64,000 nucleotides of DNA from a virus. The position numbers were made by a program, and so were the translations under genes. Shown here in pieces: positions 1 to 9,853 of the stretch. Positions within the stretch are counted from its first letter, which is position 1. Each line of letters begins with the position of its first letter. A model generated the notes under the pieces. The model did no database searches. It was not told the origin of the DNA and was given only the letters and a program-made list of their open reading frames with translations. The stretch lies in the IMG/VR virus record IMGVR_UViG_3300032224_000591, positions 64,001-128,000 of that record; one strand, given 5' to 3'.

Positions 1-135
1 TATGATGAGCTTTATAATGATACATTAATGAAGCTTAGAAAGACTATAAAGCTTACACATAATCCAAATTATACATTTGGAACACCAAAAGAATACTTAA
101 GAATGCTATCAGAGGTGCAAGATGAATCAACCTAA
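1..135 (+). CDS. 3' end of a hypothetical protein (partial)
   Basis: Frame 1 is open from base 1 to TAA at 133-135 (YDELYNDTLMKLRK...QDEST*) and overlaps the next start. Confidence 0.6.
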   Translation, partial: YDELYNDTLMKLRKTIKLTHNPNYTFGTPKEYLRMLSEVQDEST

Positions 136-1006
136 AGTACAAATAGGTAATGAGCAAACTCTACTGGAGACAAAGGAAAACCTTAAGTCATTAAGGGCAT
201 ATAGTGCTGAGTATGCTTGGGGCAGTGACCTCTATACTGACTTTGAGAAAGCTTATGGTAAGTATCTATTAGTTCCATTTGATATTCCAAAGATTGTACC
301 AAATGATACCAATAAATTTGTGTCATTCTGGTTCACCAGGGCCGCTAATGCTGTTAAGATTAAAACTGATATGCTTAGTAAAGATGGCGTTGGTACCGGT
401 ACTAGTTCTCCATATCTACAGATAACTAGTACATCTGATAAGCATTCAGATGTCTGGAGCGATAATCCAGTCCCTGACATCTATACTGAGTTTCCGGAAA
501 TCTTTGAGCAAGTGCATGAATATATGCCATTCATTACGCGCAAAGATTTTAAGTGGTATATGTGGTCATCAAACTGGAATGTGCCACCACACCGTGATTA
601 TGGTTCACAGCTAGATTGTCCATCAGGTATTCGTATCATGTTGTTTGACAATAATCCAGAACCAACTTTAAGCATGACCGTATCACCTATAGGTAAGGTA
701 TATGATCGTAAGTATCCTATTATTGTACCTGATGATACCAATAGTTTTGCTTGGAATAACCTTCGTCAGAAGCATGAGAGTGTATACAATAAAGGTCACC
801 GAAAGGTGTTGTTTATTATCTCCCCAAAAGAGTTAACCTATTTTCTTAGCACTGTTGACAACAGAAAGACTATCAATAAATATGTTGATCTTCTGGACAG
901 AAGCATAGCTAAATATAAAGATCATGTTATTGTAGATACAGATAATGACTATACAGACTACTTGGCATTGGATAAATCTGACCCAATAAATAGCATTATC
1001 AGATAG
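122..1006 (+). CDS. Hypothetical protein, probable cupin / Fe(II)-2OG oxygenase-like; paralog of 55715-56503
   Basis: HxD (PPHRD) plus a distal His (WNNLRQKH); shares blocks with 55715 (ETKENL, YGKYL, TEFPEIFEQ, DTNSFAWNNLR, NKYVD.LDRS). Confidence 0.6.
   Translation: MNQPKVQIGNEQTLLETKENLKSLRAYSAEYAWGSDLYTDFEKAYGKYLLVPFDIPKIVPNDTNKFVSFWFTRAANAVKIKTDMLSKDGVGTGTSSPYLQITSTSDKHSDVWSDNPVPDIYTEFPEIFEQVHEYMPFITRKDFKWYMWSSNWNVPPHRDYGSQLDCPSGIRIMLFDNNPEPTLSMTVSPIGKVYDRKYPIIVPDDTNSFAWNNLRQKHESVYNKGHRKVLFIISPKELTYFLSTVDNRKTINKYVDLLDRSIAKYKDHVIVDTDNDYTDYLALDKSDPINSIIR
985..992 (+). promoter_or_regulatory. T4-type late promoter-like box (AATAAATA)
   Basis: Near match to the gp55-dependent TATAAATA, upstream of 1018 with an AGGAG RBS. 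Confidence 0.5.
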
Positions 1007-1017
1007 GAGATATATCA

Positions 1018-1395
1018 ATGGCTGTTTACATCCATCACTACATTCATAAGTCTTCAAACAATACCTTTAATGGTAGGCAAGAGATGAATGCCTCGCAGCA
1101 ACTCGCTTATACAAACTGGAATGAATACTGTGTTCAAGTTCAACCGGGTTGGGTATCAACCGACGGGCCTATCGATATTGATGAAAATACTAGAAAGATA
1201 ACATACACTATCGATATGCAATCATATGATTTTATTAATCCACATGTTACTGATTTTTGGAAGAATACTCATGATGAAAATAATCAATACTATGCTGCAT
1301 ATAAAGCAGCATTTTCAGGTAGACTAAATCATAAATTCAGAGTCACTATTGAAAAAGATGGTGTAGAGACAGACTTTATTCCTCTTCCAGCTTAG
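1018..1395 (+). CDS. Hypothetical protein (first gene of cassette 1)
   Basis: 125-aa ORF with AGGAG RBS. Confidence 0.75.
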   Translation: MAVYIHHYIHKSSNNTFNGRQEMNASQQLAYTNWNEYCVQVQPGWVSTDGPIDIDENTRKITYTIDMQSYDFINPHVTDFWKNTHDENNQYYAAYKAAFSGRLNHKFRVTIEKDGVETDFIPLPA

Positions 1396-1412
1396 TAAAA
1401 TGTTAGTATATT

Positions 1413-2615
1413 ATGAATCAACTACATTGTGGTTACTATACGTATAATGATAAAATCTATATTTCAAGAAGATCACTTCTTGATGATATAATTGCAGATA
1501 AAAGAAATTATGGTCTAGAGCATGATGTTCAATTTAATTTTAATGATGAAGTATTCAGCAAGTTAGATTGGACAGTTGAACCAGAAATTCCTTTAAAGAC
1601 TCTCTATAAAGACAGAGCACAACAGCTTAGGGATACATACGAGTATCTTATTCTTAGCTATTCAGGTGGTTCTGATTCACATGAAGTATTAAATATATTC
1701 TTAGAGAATGGTATCTTCATCGATGAAATACAGGTGGTTCATCAGTATAAATTAGTCAAAGCTTTACCTAAGAGTGTAATGGATGAAGATCCAGCTCTTA
1801 GAATGTGGTTAGAATTTGAGAAAGTAGCAGCTCCCGCACTACTTAAAGTAAAACAAGTCAGTCCAAATACTAAGCTTACTCTACTCGATGCATCTGACTT
1901 TATTGTTGATGATCTTACTACAAAGAAGTATGCATTTCTTGGACTAGATAAATTTGATACAAATGCTACATTCCTTGTTAGTACTACTCCATTTGCTAGA
2001 AACTACTTTCAACATCAGCATAATAGTAAGGTAACTACTTCTAGTAAGAAGACAGGATTTATACGAGGAACAGAGAAACCAAATCTTAAGATGTATCGTA
2101 ATACATTAAAGTTTAGCTTTACTGATGCTACAATGCATGGTATTAATCTCCTTCAGAATAGGGATATGAATGAGATATATAATATTGAAAATTTCTTTTG
2201 GTCTCCGGATGTTCCGTTGATACCTATCAAACAATCACATATTATTAAGAATGTTCTTGAGAATGACTCGTTATTCTATGCTCAATTCATGATCGCTCAA
2301 GAAAAAGCAATCATGCATACTGAGACAAATAAAAGAGGTATGTCAGGAGAGCAAGACTTTCAAAGAAAATATATTAAGTATATCTACTCATATGGAGATG
2401 AAATTAAATTTATAGCTCCTAAGAGAACATTAATATCACCTGAATTTGTAGCTACTGGGATACTGTTTGGCGAGACATCACATCATGATGCTCTCAAAGA
2501 ACAAAAGACTTTCTACAATACTAAGTATAAATCGATCGATGATCCTCGACTTCTAAATAGATCTATAGACTCAACTCGTTATGAAATTGGAGAGATAAAT
2601 GCAAAATGGAATTAA
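1413..2615 (+). CDS. PP-loop (adenine nucleotide alpha-hydrolase-like) protein
   Basis: LILSYSGGSDS (SGGxDS) motif; paralog of 3930-5141 (RAQQLRD.Y.YLIL.YSGGSDS, IE.FFWSPD.PLIP.KQ.H). Confidence 0.7.
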   Translation: MNQLHCGYYTYNDKIYISRRSLLDDIIADKRNYGLEHDVQFNFNDEVFSKLDWTVEPEIPLKTLYKDRAQQLRDTYEYLILSYSGGSDSHEVLNIFLENGIFIDEIQVVHQYKLVKALPKSVMDEDPALRMWLEFEKVAAPALLKVKQVSPNTKLTLLDASDFIVDDLTTKKYAFLGLDKFDTNATFLVSTTPFARNYFQHQHNSKVTTSSKKTGFIRGTEKPNLKMYRNTLKFSFTDATMHGINLLQNRDMNEIYNIENFFWSPDVPLIPIKQSHIIKNVLENDSLFYAQFMIAQEKAIMHTETNKRGMSGEQDFQRKYIKYIYSYGDEIKFIAPKRTLISPEFVATGILFGETSHHDALKEQKTFYNTKYKSIDDPRLLNRSIDSTRYEIGEINAKWN

Positions 2616-3504
2616 GGGTGCAGTAGCTGGCTTGATGATGATTGGTTCTGCCTCGGCGGCAGAGCAGGTATCTATTATCACAAGCATTCCAACATCTGGG
2701 TCTGGTGGGCAGATCGGTGTCGGCATCACGCAGATTTTGAATAAGGTCCAAACAGAGCGTGAGTATAAGTTCTCACAGATTCCTGGAGCGCAGGGTGATA
2801 CATCAGCGCTAAAGGTATTAGTAGATGCTAAGCTTCAGAATGTAGTAATGTTCAACGGCATCTCCGTGACTACTACAAATCGATTGCTGAACCCAAACGC
2901 TGGATTCGATCGTGATAAGGACTTCATTCAGAGTGTAGGTATTGGTAAGAACTACTATGCCATTATGGTTAACCCTGACTCGCCTATCAAGAACGTTGAT
3001 GACCTAGTGAAGTCGATCAAGAGTAAACCAAAGGCTTTCTTCTCGACCACCCTCACTGCTCCAGGTTCCGTTATCATCAATGACATCTTCCTGAAGAGGT
3101 ATGGAATCACTGATAAGGTTGACTCTATCAATTATAAGTCACCTCAAGATATTATCCTTGCACTGAACAACAAAGAGTCAGACTATACCATCTTCACGGT
3201 TTCTGATATGACTAATCTGAAGGCTATCATGGTATCGTCAGAGAAGCGTTTGATCCAGTTCCCTGACGCACCTACAGCCAAGGAAGCCGGGTTTGATGCA
3301 TTCTCACTATCATCTATTCTGATGTTCTCTATTCCTAAAGAGCGTGCTAGTTTTCAGAAGACCTTTGAGGATGATATGAAGAAGGCTTGTGCTCACCCTG
3401 ACTATGAGCGTGTTGCCATGATTCGTGCTCCTTACAGGTCAGAGTGCATGACACCGGCTGATACTATGGCAACAGTTGTAAACGAACTTAAGACGATCAG
3501 ATAA
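2599..3504 (+). CDS. TctC/Bug-family periplasmic substrate-binding protein
   Basis: Signal peptide (ASA-AE), PGAQG motif, C-terminal R..FPDAPTAKEAG typical of Bug/TctC. Confidence 0.75.
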   Translation: MQNGIKGAVAGLMMIGSASAAEQVSIITSIPTSGSGGQIGVGITQILNKVQTEREYKFSQIPGAQGDTSALKVLVDAKLQNVVMFNGISVTTTNRLLNPNAGFDRDKDFIQSVGIGKNYYAIMVNPDSPIKNVDDLVKSIKSKPKAFFSTTLTAPGSVIINDIFLKRYGITDKVDSINYKSPQDIILALNNKESDYTIFTVSDMTNLKAIMVSSEKRLIQFPDAPTAKEAGFDAFSLSSILMFSIPKERASFQKTFEDDMKKACAHPDYERVAMIRAPYRSECMTPADTMATVVNELKTIR

Positions 3505-3507
3505 ATA
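3500..3507 (+). promoter_or_regulatory. Late promoter-like box (GATAAATA)
   Basis: Same relative position in cassette 2 as the 985 box in cassette 1. Confidence 0.5.
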
Positions 3508-3529
3508 TTATCAGAAATGGGGGATCTTC

Positions 3530-3940
3530 ATGGTAATTTTAAGACGAATTTATACTAAAAATGACGGTGAAGATTGGAGAGGTGTATGGGTACCAGGTGA
3601 ACATACTGACCCACGCGACTCTAGCATTTTTGATGAGACAGAAGTTCAGCATATTCGTCAATTTAATGATCCAAGAAACTTTGTAGGATATAGTAAATTC
3701 ATACGTAAGTATGCTACTGATAATGAGTTAGTGTTTGACCTATATTTTGACACCCTTGAAAATGCACGTGTGTATTATAAAGCGTGTAGAGATAACCTTA
3801 ATACACCACTTAACACACTTATTCATGAGAAAATTGTTGATAATATGATTCCAGTTTATCAGAAAATATGGAAATTATACAGTATTGAAAATAATATTGA
3901 ATTTGAGTTTCCATTGACCTCAAAAGGATATGTACCGTAA
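3530..3940 (+). CDS. Hypothetical protein (first gene of cassette 2)
   Basis: 136-aa ORF with GGGGA RBS. Confidence 0.75.
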   Translation: MVILRRIYTKNDGEDWRGVWVPGEHTDPRDSSIFDETEVQHIRQFNDPRNFVGYSKFIRKYATDNELVFDLYFDTLENARVYYKACRDNLNTPLNTLIHEKIVDNMIPVYQKIWKLYSIENNIEFEFPLTSKGYVP

Positions 3941-5141
3941 TATTATGAATCATGATTATGATCAGCTGCATCTAGGTTATTACATATATGATAACCAGAA
4001 GTTCTTAACCCGTGAGGGTGCTTTAGATATGATGTTAGCTAAAGAGGATTATGAAGGTAATATCCAATTTTATTATAATGATCATATCTTTGATAAGATG
4101 AATTGGCGTATAAATTCTTCAATTTCAATATCAACATTCTATAAAATGCGAGCGCAGCAGCTAAGAGACAAGTACAAGTATCTTATTCTGAGATACTCAG
4201 GTGGAAGTGATTCTACACAGGTGCTAGAATCATTCCTAAAGAATAAAATCTTCCTAGACGAGATAGTAGTCATTAACCATCAGAAAGCGATCAATAATCT
4301 AGATCGAACTATGATGCTTAATGACCCTACTCTTAGTGAGTATTTAGAGTATGAAATGGCTGTAGTACCACAGCTAAAGAGGGTTAAAGAGCTCAGCCCC
4401 AATACTAAGATTACTATATTGGATTCATCTGACAATTTAATTGATCAGTTGGGCAATAAAAAGTATGAGCATCTAGGTAAGAATGATGAGCCTCGATCTT
4501 TAAGATATGTTGTTGGTGGATTGATGAAGAACTGGACACCGGTGCTTATCAAGTATGAACAACAAACAGCAACTAAAGAAGGTGTAGCCGTTATCCGCGG
4601 TTTAGAGAAACCATATATTAAGATTACTGATAGAGGTAAAATTTTATTTTCTTTTTATGACATCACAATGACTGCTACACTGTCTATGCAAAAGTCTGGA
4701 TCACCATACACTATTGAAGACTTTTTTTGGTCACCTGACTATCCACTTATTCCAGCTAAACAGGCACATATGATCGTTGATGCTCTCTCTAAGAATGAGG
4801 CACTGTTCAATGAATGGAAATCTATAAAGGCTATGATTCATCAGGCATGGCTTGATCCTGAATTAAAAAGTTCACCTGGATATATCCTAGATAGATGGTA
4901 TAATAAAATCATCTATCCAGATTGGAATCCAACTACATACGTAGCACCAAAACCTACAAAAATAAGTGCTGATTCTAAACTAGTTAGTACATTAGGTATA
5001 CAACATAATACTTTAGACTTTACGATTGAGTATTCTGAATATAAAAAGAAGCGCTACGAGAAGATAGTAAATAAGCAGCTACTTAACAGGTATATCTTCT
5101 CAAGAACCTATTATCTGGGTGAATTTCAACCACAATTCTGA
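3930..5141 (+). CDS. PP-loop (adenine nucleotide alpha-hydrolase-like) protein
   Basis: LILRYSGGSDS motif; paralog of 1413-2615. Confidence 0.7.
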   Translation: MYRNIMNHDYDQLHLGYYIYDNQKFLTREGALDMMLAKEDYEGNIQFYYNDHIFDKMNWRINSSISISTFYKMRAQQLRDKYKYLILRYSGGSDSTQVLESFLKNKIFLDEIVVINHQKAINNLDRTMMLNDPTLSEYLEYEMAVVPQLKRVKELSPNTKITILDSSDNLIDQLGNKKYEHLGKNDEPRSLRYVVGGLMKNWTPVLIKYEQQTATKEGVAVIRGLEKPYIKITDRGKILFSFYDITMTATLSMQKSGSPYTIEDFFWSPDYPLIPAKQAHMIVDALSKNEALFNEWKSIKAMIHQAWLDPELKSSPGYILDRWYNKIIYPDWNPTTYVAPKPTKISADSKLVSTLGIQHNTLDFTIEYSEYKKKRYEKIVNKQLLNRYIFSRTYYLGEFQPQF

Positions 5142-5149
5142 GGATTATA

Positions 5150-6079
5150 ATGAGAGCTTTAATACTTGCATTATCGATGATAGTGACAAATGCTGCATAT
5201 GCAGCCAAACAAATCGACATCTACTCTATGTTCTCGCCGGGTGCAGCGGGTACTATCATCGGTTACGAAGTAGTCAATAGGCTTAACACTGTACAGAGTG
5301 AGTATGAGTTTCGACTATCATCACTACCTGGTGCTGGTGGAGATATTGCCGCACTAAGAGTAATTGCACTAGCACGTACCGGTCAAGATGTTCTAATATG
5401 GCAGGGAACCGGTAGCTATACATTTGGTAAGTATACCTCTGCAAATATTAATGCATATGACCGTGATAATGATCTAGTACCTATTGCTTCATTCTCAGGT
5501 ACACCATTTCATTTAATGGTTGAACCAGATTCTGAGTTAAAAACATTAGCTGACCTAGTAAGTCAGTTTAATAAGAAGGACGTTGTTTACTTTGGTAGTA
5601 CAGCAACAAATCCGATAACACCATTCCTTAATGCTATCTTCATGAAGAGCAATGGCTTAAAGCCTTCGAAGGATCTAAACTATACAACACCATTTGATAT
5701 TACTAAAAGTGTCCTTAGTAAGGAATCTGAATATACTATATTCTCACCAACAGATGTTAGAGGTTTAAGATCACTAGTTATGTCAGGCCCAGAAAGATCT
5801 AGACTATATCCAAATGTACCTACAGGTAAAGAGCTTGGGATGAAAGACTTTGTCTTTACATCAACAATGCAGATTGCAGTTCCTAAGGAGAAGTCTGAGT
5901 TCGGTCTTAAGTTTACACGGATGATGCTTCAAATCTGCTATGACCAGAAGTTCAATGATGCTGTTGAAAAGATTGGATACGAAACAAAATGCCTCTCCGG
6001 CGATAAGCTAAAGAGCTCAATCAAAGAAGAGGCATTGATGATTAAAAAGTATGAAAACGATGTTGTCTGGAAGCCTTAA
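5150..6079 (+). CDS. TctC/Bug-family periplasmic substrate-binding protein
   Basis: Signal peptide (AYA-AK), LPGAGG motif, RS.LYPNVPTGKELG. Confidence 0.8.
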   Translation: MRALILALSMIVTNAAYAAKQIDIYSMFSPGAAGTIIGYEVVNRLNTVQSEYEFRLSSLPGAGGDIAALRVIALARTGQDVLIWQGTGSYTFGKYTSANINAYDRDNDLVPIASFSGTPFHLMVEPDSELKTLADLVSQFNKKDVVYFGSTATNPITPFLNAIFMKSNGLKPSKDLNYTTPFDITKSVLSKESEYTIFSPTDVRGLRSLVMSGPERSRLYPNVPTGKELGMKDFVFTSTMQIAVPKEKSEFGLKFTRMMLQICYDQKFNDAVEKIGYETKCLSGDKLKSSIKEEALMIKKYENDVVWKP

Positions 6080-6690
6080 ATAAACTTAGGTCCAACAACC
6101 CAAACCACGATCGACTTACGTGTTCCACTGGTTACTGGTGTAACACGGTGTCCAATAAATGAAGGGAAGAGAACACATCTTCCCTTTTTTCTTTCAATTG
6201 TAATTGGCTCATCTTGATTACCATCACATACCTGGAAATCACCACCCTCAAAATCATCATTCAGCATTAGTGTCAATGATAGTTTGCGCGTATCGTGCAT
6301 GTTTTGTGGCATATGTCCAAACCCCATATCCATATGCCAGTTATACTCACCTAATTCTGCTGCATCATATGTAGTGTATTGAAATGTTTCATAACCATTT
6401 AGATTAAAGTTATAGTACATCTCATTAATGCTTTGAACAACAAAATTCAACTTATCAAAGATCCAAGATGTTTCTGGATTTCTCATGTGAAATTTAATAT
6501 TTGACTTACGAACCTTTTCAGTAACTTCTTGATCACCTGAGAAAGTAGTACCTCGCTCTGTTCCTTGAGCATCACACCAAGCAATAAGTGTATTAAGCTC
6601 TTCTTCAGTAAATGCGTCATCCCAATATGTCCACGCATGTGTGATACGTGCACGGCGATATGGATCGTTATACAGTGTTGTATATGTCAT
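6076..6690 (-). CDS. Fe(II)/2OG-dependent oxygenase (PKHD/prolyl-hydroxylase-like)
   Basis: WHMD...RKLS...FEGG...FPSF..HRVTPVTSGTRKSIV. Confidence 0.9.
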   Translation of the reverse strand: MTYTTLYNDPYRRARITHAWTYWDDAFTEEELNTLIAWCDAQGTERGTTFSGDQEVTEKVRKSNIKFHMRNPETSWIFDKLNFVVQSINEMYYNFNLNGYETFQYTTYDAAELGEYNWHMDMGFGHMPQNMHDTRKLSLTLMLNDDFEGGDFQVCDGNQDEPITIERKKGRCVLFPSFIGHRVTPVTSGTRKSIVVWVVGPKFI

Positions 6691-7376
6691 TTGCGGAAAA
6701 TTCTCCAGTTATATGATGGTTGAATACCGGTAGGCTTTGCCTCAATTTTTCTATAGGTAAAGAATATATCACCAGCAAGGCAGACACGCTTCTTCTTTAG
6801 ATCATCCAAACACTTACAGCCTTCATCAAGCTCTGAGTTGCCATAACCTACAGTATGATGGCTGAGTCTAGCTGGGAATACAAATAGATTGCCTTCACTT
6901 GGAGCAAATCCAGTGTCGTATGCGTTAAACTTATTCTTCTCTGTCGAGTTGAACCTAATCATGCCATAGTATGGGTCGTTCATATGTGGTGGTGTAGATG
7001 AGAAGACAATAGGCTTCTCTAACTGATCGGGTATATTAGCATAGTAGGTGAATGACAGATGAGCATCCTCATGACTGTGGAAAGGTGTATGTCTCTCCTT
7101 GGTAATATTCATCCATGTCTTGACAATGTTAATGTCAAATGTTTCAGGATCAATAGCAAGTGTATGAAGGTACTCCTCAACTACTCCTGTGATATATCCA
7201 AAAAGTGGTGCAAATGCTTCCTCATGATGAATATTGACATGTCCAGTATACTCATTCGAGTAACCTTCGATCGTCATATAGTTCATCAGCTTGCTTAGAA
7301 AGATAGGCTTAAACTTATCAGCATCCCTATACTGATCTTCAATAACGAGAGTTGGGAACAGCGCATGTCTAATCAT
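6687..7376 (-). CDS. Putative Fe(II)/2OG oxygenase (TIGR02466-like)
   Basis: LFPT start, W.N...HSH...S..YY, EG.L.VFPA.L.H, R...A. Confidence 0.75.
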   Translation of the reverse strand: MIRHALFPTLVIEDQYRDADKFKPIFLSKLMNYMTIEGYSNEYTGHVNIHHEEAFAPLFGYITGVVEEYLHTLAIDPETFDINIVKTWMNITKERHTPFHSHEDAHLSFTYYANIPDQLEKPIVFSSTPPHMNDPYYGMIRFNSTEKNKFNAYDTGFAPSEGNLFVFPARLSHHTVGYGNSELDEGCKCLDDLKKKRVCLAGDIFFTYRKIEAKPTGIQPSYNWRIFRK

Positions 7377-8332
7377 CTATTTGCCTCATTCAACTTTTTC
7401 AGTTCACCTGCAAATTGGCCACCTATCTTAATTTGATACGTAACCAGTTTTTCTGCTTCATTATAATCAATCATATTCACTTCAACGTTCATCTTCATAG
7501 CCTCAGCTAGATAATCAGGGTCGGCTAGGGCTTTCTTGAATGCTTCACGTAGTTCATCTCTAGTCCATGGCGGAATACCCGGCGGCGCAACAAATGGTCT
7601 TAGCATTGAGTAGCTTGCCTCTACAATAGATAGTATTGTTTTGTCCATATCTGATTGTACTACCTCTGCAAGGGTTTGTACATCTTTATATTCAGGATGC
7701 CTATTAGTTCCATTGCCAAATTGCATGCATGCCTTAATACCTGAGTCTGGCTTTAACCAGTGTGGCTTTTGAGTCTTAATACCGACTAAGTTATAGACTA
7801 CGGCATCAACCTCTTTTCTCTCAAGTGCAAGTCTAGCATCACCGGTCGTAGCATAACCGGTGACGATCTTAGCATCTAGCTTAGCTAGGTCACGAACAAG
7901 GAAGGCTGGATTCACACCGGCATAGTTCTCAGAGCCGATGATCTTTGGATTATCAGTATTACACCATACGATGACCGCATCCTTACGGCCATCAACGTTA
8001 GATCCGATCCAGGTGAACTTACTAGCATCATACTGAACATTAGGTCCACCGAGAGCGCCGACTAATGGAATCTCTTTATAGAACGTACCAATGACTGATC
8101 CATCCTTAGGTGCGTGATTATATAGGTAGTTAGCTGCAACCATACTTGCTGCTCCAGGCATAGACTGGATAATAAGTGTAGGATGATTAGGGTGATGCTT
8201 AACTAGGTACTTACCGAGGACTCTGGCATTGATATTATAACTATCGTTGTCAGATGGGACAATAATCTTTAAGGTGTCTGCCGCAACTGATGTGACCATT
8301 AGGGTCAAAGCGAGGGCAATCGCTCGAAACAT
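7373..8332 (-). CDS. TctC/Bug-family periplasmic substrate-binding protein
   Basis: Signal peptide; MPGAAS..AANYLYN.APKDG; LALERKEVD; RPFVAPPGIP. Confidence 0.85.
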   Translation of the reverse strand: MFRAIALALTLMVTSVAADTLKIIVPSDNDSYNINARVLGKYLVKHHPNHPTLIIQSMPGAASMVAANYLYNHAPKDGSVIGTFYKEIPLVGALGGPNVQYDASKFTWIGSNVDGRKDAVIVWCNTDNPKIIGSENYAGVNPAFLVRDLAKLDAKIVTGYATTGDARLALERKEVDAVVYNLVGIKTQKPHWLKPDSGIKACMQFGNGTNRHPEYKDVQTLAEVVQSDMDKTILSIVEASYSMLRPFVAPPGIPPWTRDELREAFKKALADPDYLAEAMKMNVEVNMIDYNEAEKLVTYQIKIGGQFAGELKKLNEANR

Positions 8333-8346
8333 TTACTTCTCCATGA

Positions 8347-8379
8347 GATAAATAACAAAGAATCACGTTTGTATTTATA
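8347..8379. promoter_or_regulatory. Pair of opposed late promoters (GATAAATA on +, TATAAATA on -)
   Basis: 8347-8354 on + points to gp13; 8372-8379 TATTTATA is the reverse complement of the consensus and points to the minus-strand operon. Confidence 0.6.
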
Positions 8380-8388
8380 GGACCTCCA

Positions 8389-9129
8389 ATGGCCGCCATT
8401 TCATCAAGAGACGACTTTAAGAAATATTGCCTCCGTAAGCTAGGTGCACCCGTCATTGAGATCAATGTGGATGATGACCAGATCGAGGATCGTGTTACCG
8501 AAGCTATTAGCTACTATTGGGACTATCACTTTGATGGTGCCGAGAAGACTTACTACAAGGCACAGATTACCCGTACTGACATCACAAACAAATATATCAC
8601 AATCCCTGATAATATTATTGGTGTTGTCAACCTATTCCCAATTGGGAACTCATTGAATGTAAACAATCTCTTTAATATCCGTTATCAGATTGCATTAAAT
8701 GATCTATACACATTAACCTCTCAGAGCATGGTGCCATATGTTATGGCCATGCAACACATTCAGTTCCTAGAGCAGATCCTAGTTGGTCAGCAGCCTCTTC
8801 GCTATAACCGTATTATCGGTAAGTGTTACATCGATATGGATTGGACTATTGTCAATCCAGGCGACTTCTTAATCCTTGAAGCTTATCAAGTTGTTGATCC
8901 AGAGATATTCACCAAAGGCTATAATGAACGTTGGCTTCAGAACTATGCTACAGTCCTTATCAAGGAACAGTGGGGAGGTAATATGAAGAAGTTCGAAGGT
9001 ATGACTCTCCCAGGTGGACTAAAGTTTAACGGTCAGAAGATCTATGATGAAGCTCGTCAAGAGCGACTAGCAATGGAGCAAGAAATGATTACTGGCTTCA
9101 GCATGCCTGTTTACGATATGATCGGCTAA
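8389..9129 (+). CDS. gp13: Neck protein gp13
   Basis: LRKLGAPVIEINV, KEQWG.NM.KF...LPGG...NG; synteny. Confidence 0.93.
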   Translation: MAAISSRDDFKKYCLRKLGAPVIEINVDDDQIEDRVTEAISYYWDYHFDGAEKTYYKAQITRTDITNKYITIPDNIIGVVNLFPIGNSLNVNNLFNIRYQIALNDLYTLTSQSMVPYVMAMQHIQFLEQILVGQQPLRYNRIIGKCYIDMDWTIVNPGDFLILEAYQVVDPEIFTKGYNERWLQNYATVLIKEQWGGNMKKFEGMTLPGGLKFNGQKIYDEARQERLAMEQEMITGFSMPVYDMIG

Positions 9130-9130
9130 C

Positions 9131-9853
9131 ATGGCCACAAACTTTTTCTTCAATAACTTCAAGGCTAGTGGTGAGCAGAACCTCCTCGAGGATCTGATCG
9201 TTGAGTCGATCAGAATCTATGGTGAGGATATGACTTACATCCCCCGTAACTATGGAAATCCAGATGTTCTATATACGGCAGATGATCAATCATATTACAT
9301 GTCAACCTATTCGATTGAAATGTATATTAAGAGTGTCGATGGATTCTCCGGCGATGGCAGCTTCATGTCGAAGTTTGGCCTTGAGATTAGAGATCAGGTA
9401 ATCTTCTCTGTTGCACAACGTGTATTTGCAAATGAAATTGGATTTGAGACCGGATTTACCCGACCACGTGAAGGTGATCTGATATTTTTCCCATTGAATA
9501 AGAAGTGCTTCCAAATCAGATATGTCAATAAGTTTGAGATGTTCTACCAATTAGGCGCATTGCAGACATGGGAAATGACATGTGAACTGTTCGACTATTC
9601 ATCAGAAGTTATGAATACCGGTATACCTGAGATAGACATTCTCGAAGATAAGTTCAGCACAAATATCCTTCAATTTGCACTAAAGACTGAGGAGGATGAA
9701 TTTATGCTTGATCCTAGTGGTGACTATATTATGATTCACGATATAGCATATGATCCTATCGTTGGTAATGATGCGCCTAACGTATTTAATGCAGAGTCCA
9801 ATGACATTATAGACTTTAGCCAGGTCGACCCATTCAGTGAAGGTCATATCTAA
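9131..9853 (+). CDS. gp14: Neck protein gp14
   Basis: SKFGLEIRD, RPREGDLIFFP, FYQLG, CELFDYS. Confidence 0.93.
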   Translation: MATNFFFNNFKASGEQNLLEDLIVESIRIYGEDMTYIPRNYGNPDVLYTADDQSYYMSTYSIEMYIKSVDGFSGDGSFMSKFGLEIRDQVIFSVAQRVFANEIGFETGFTRPREGDLIFFPLNKKCFQIRYVNKFEMFYQLGALQTWEMTCELFDYSSEVMNTGIPEIDILEDKFSTNILQFALKTEEDEFMLDPSGDYIMIHDIAYDPIVGNDAPNVFNAESNDIIDFSQVDPFSEGHI

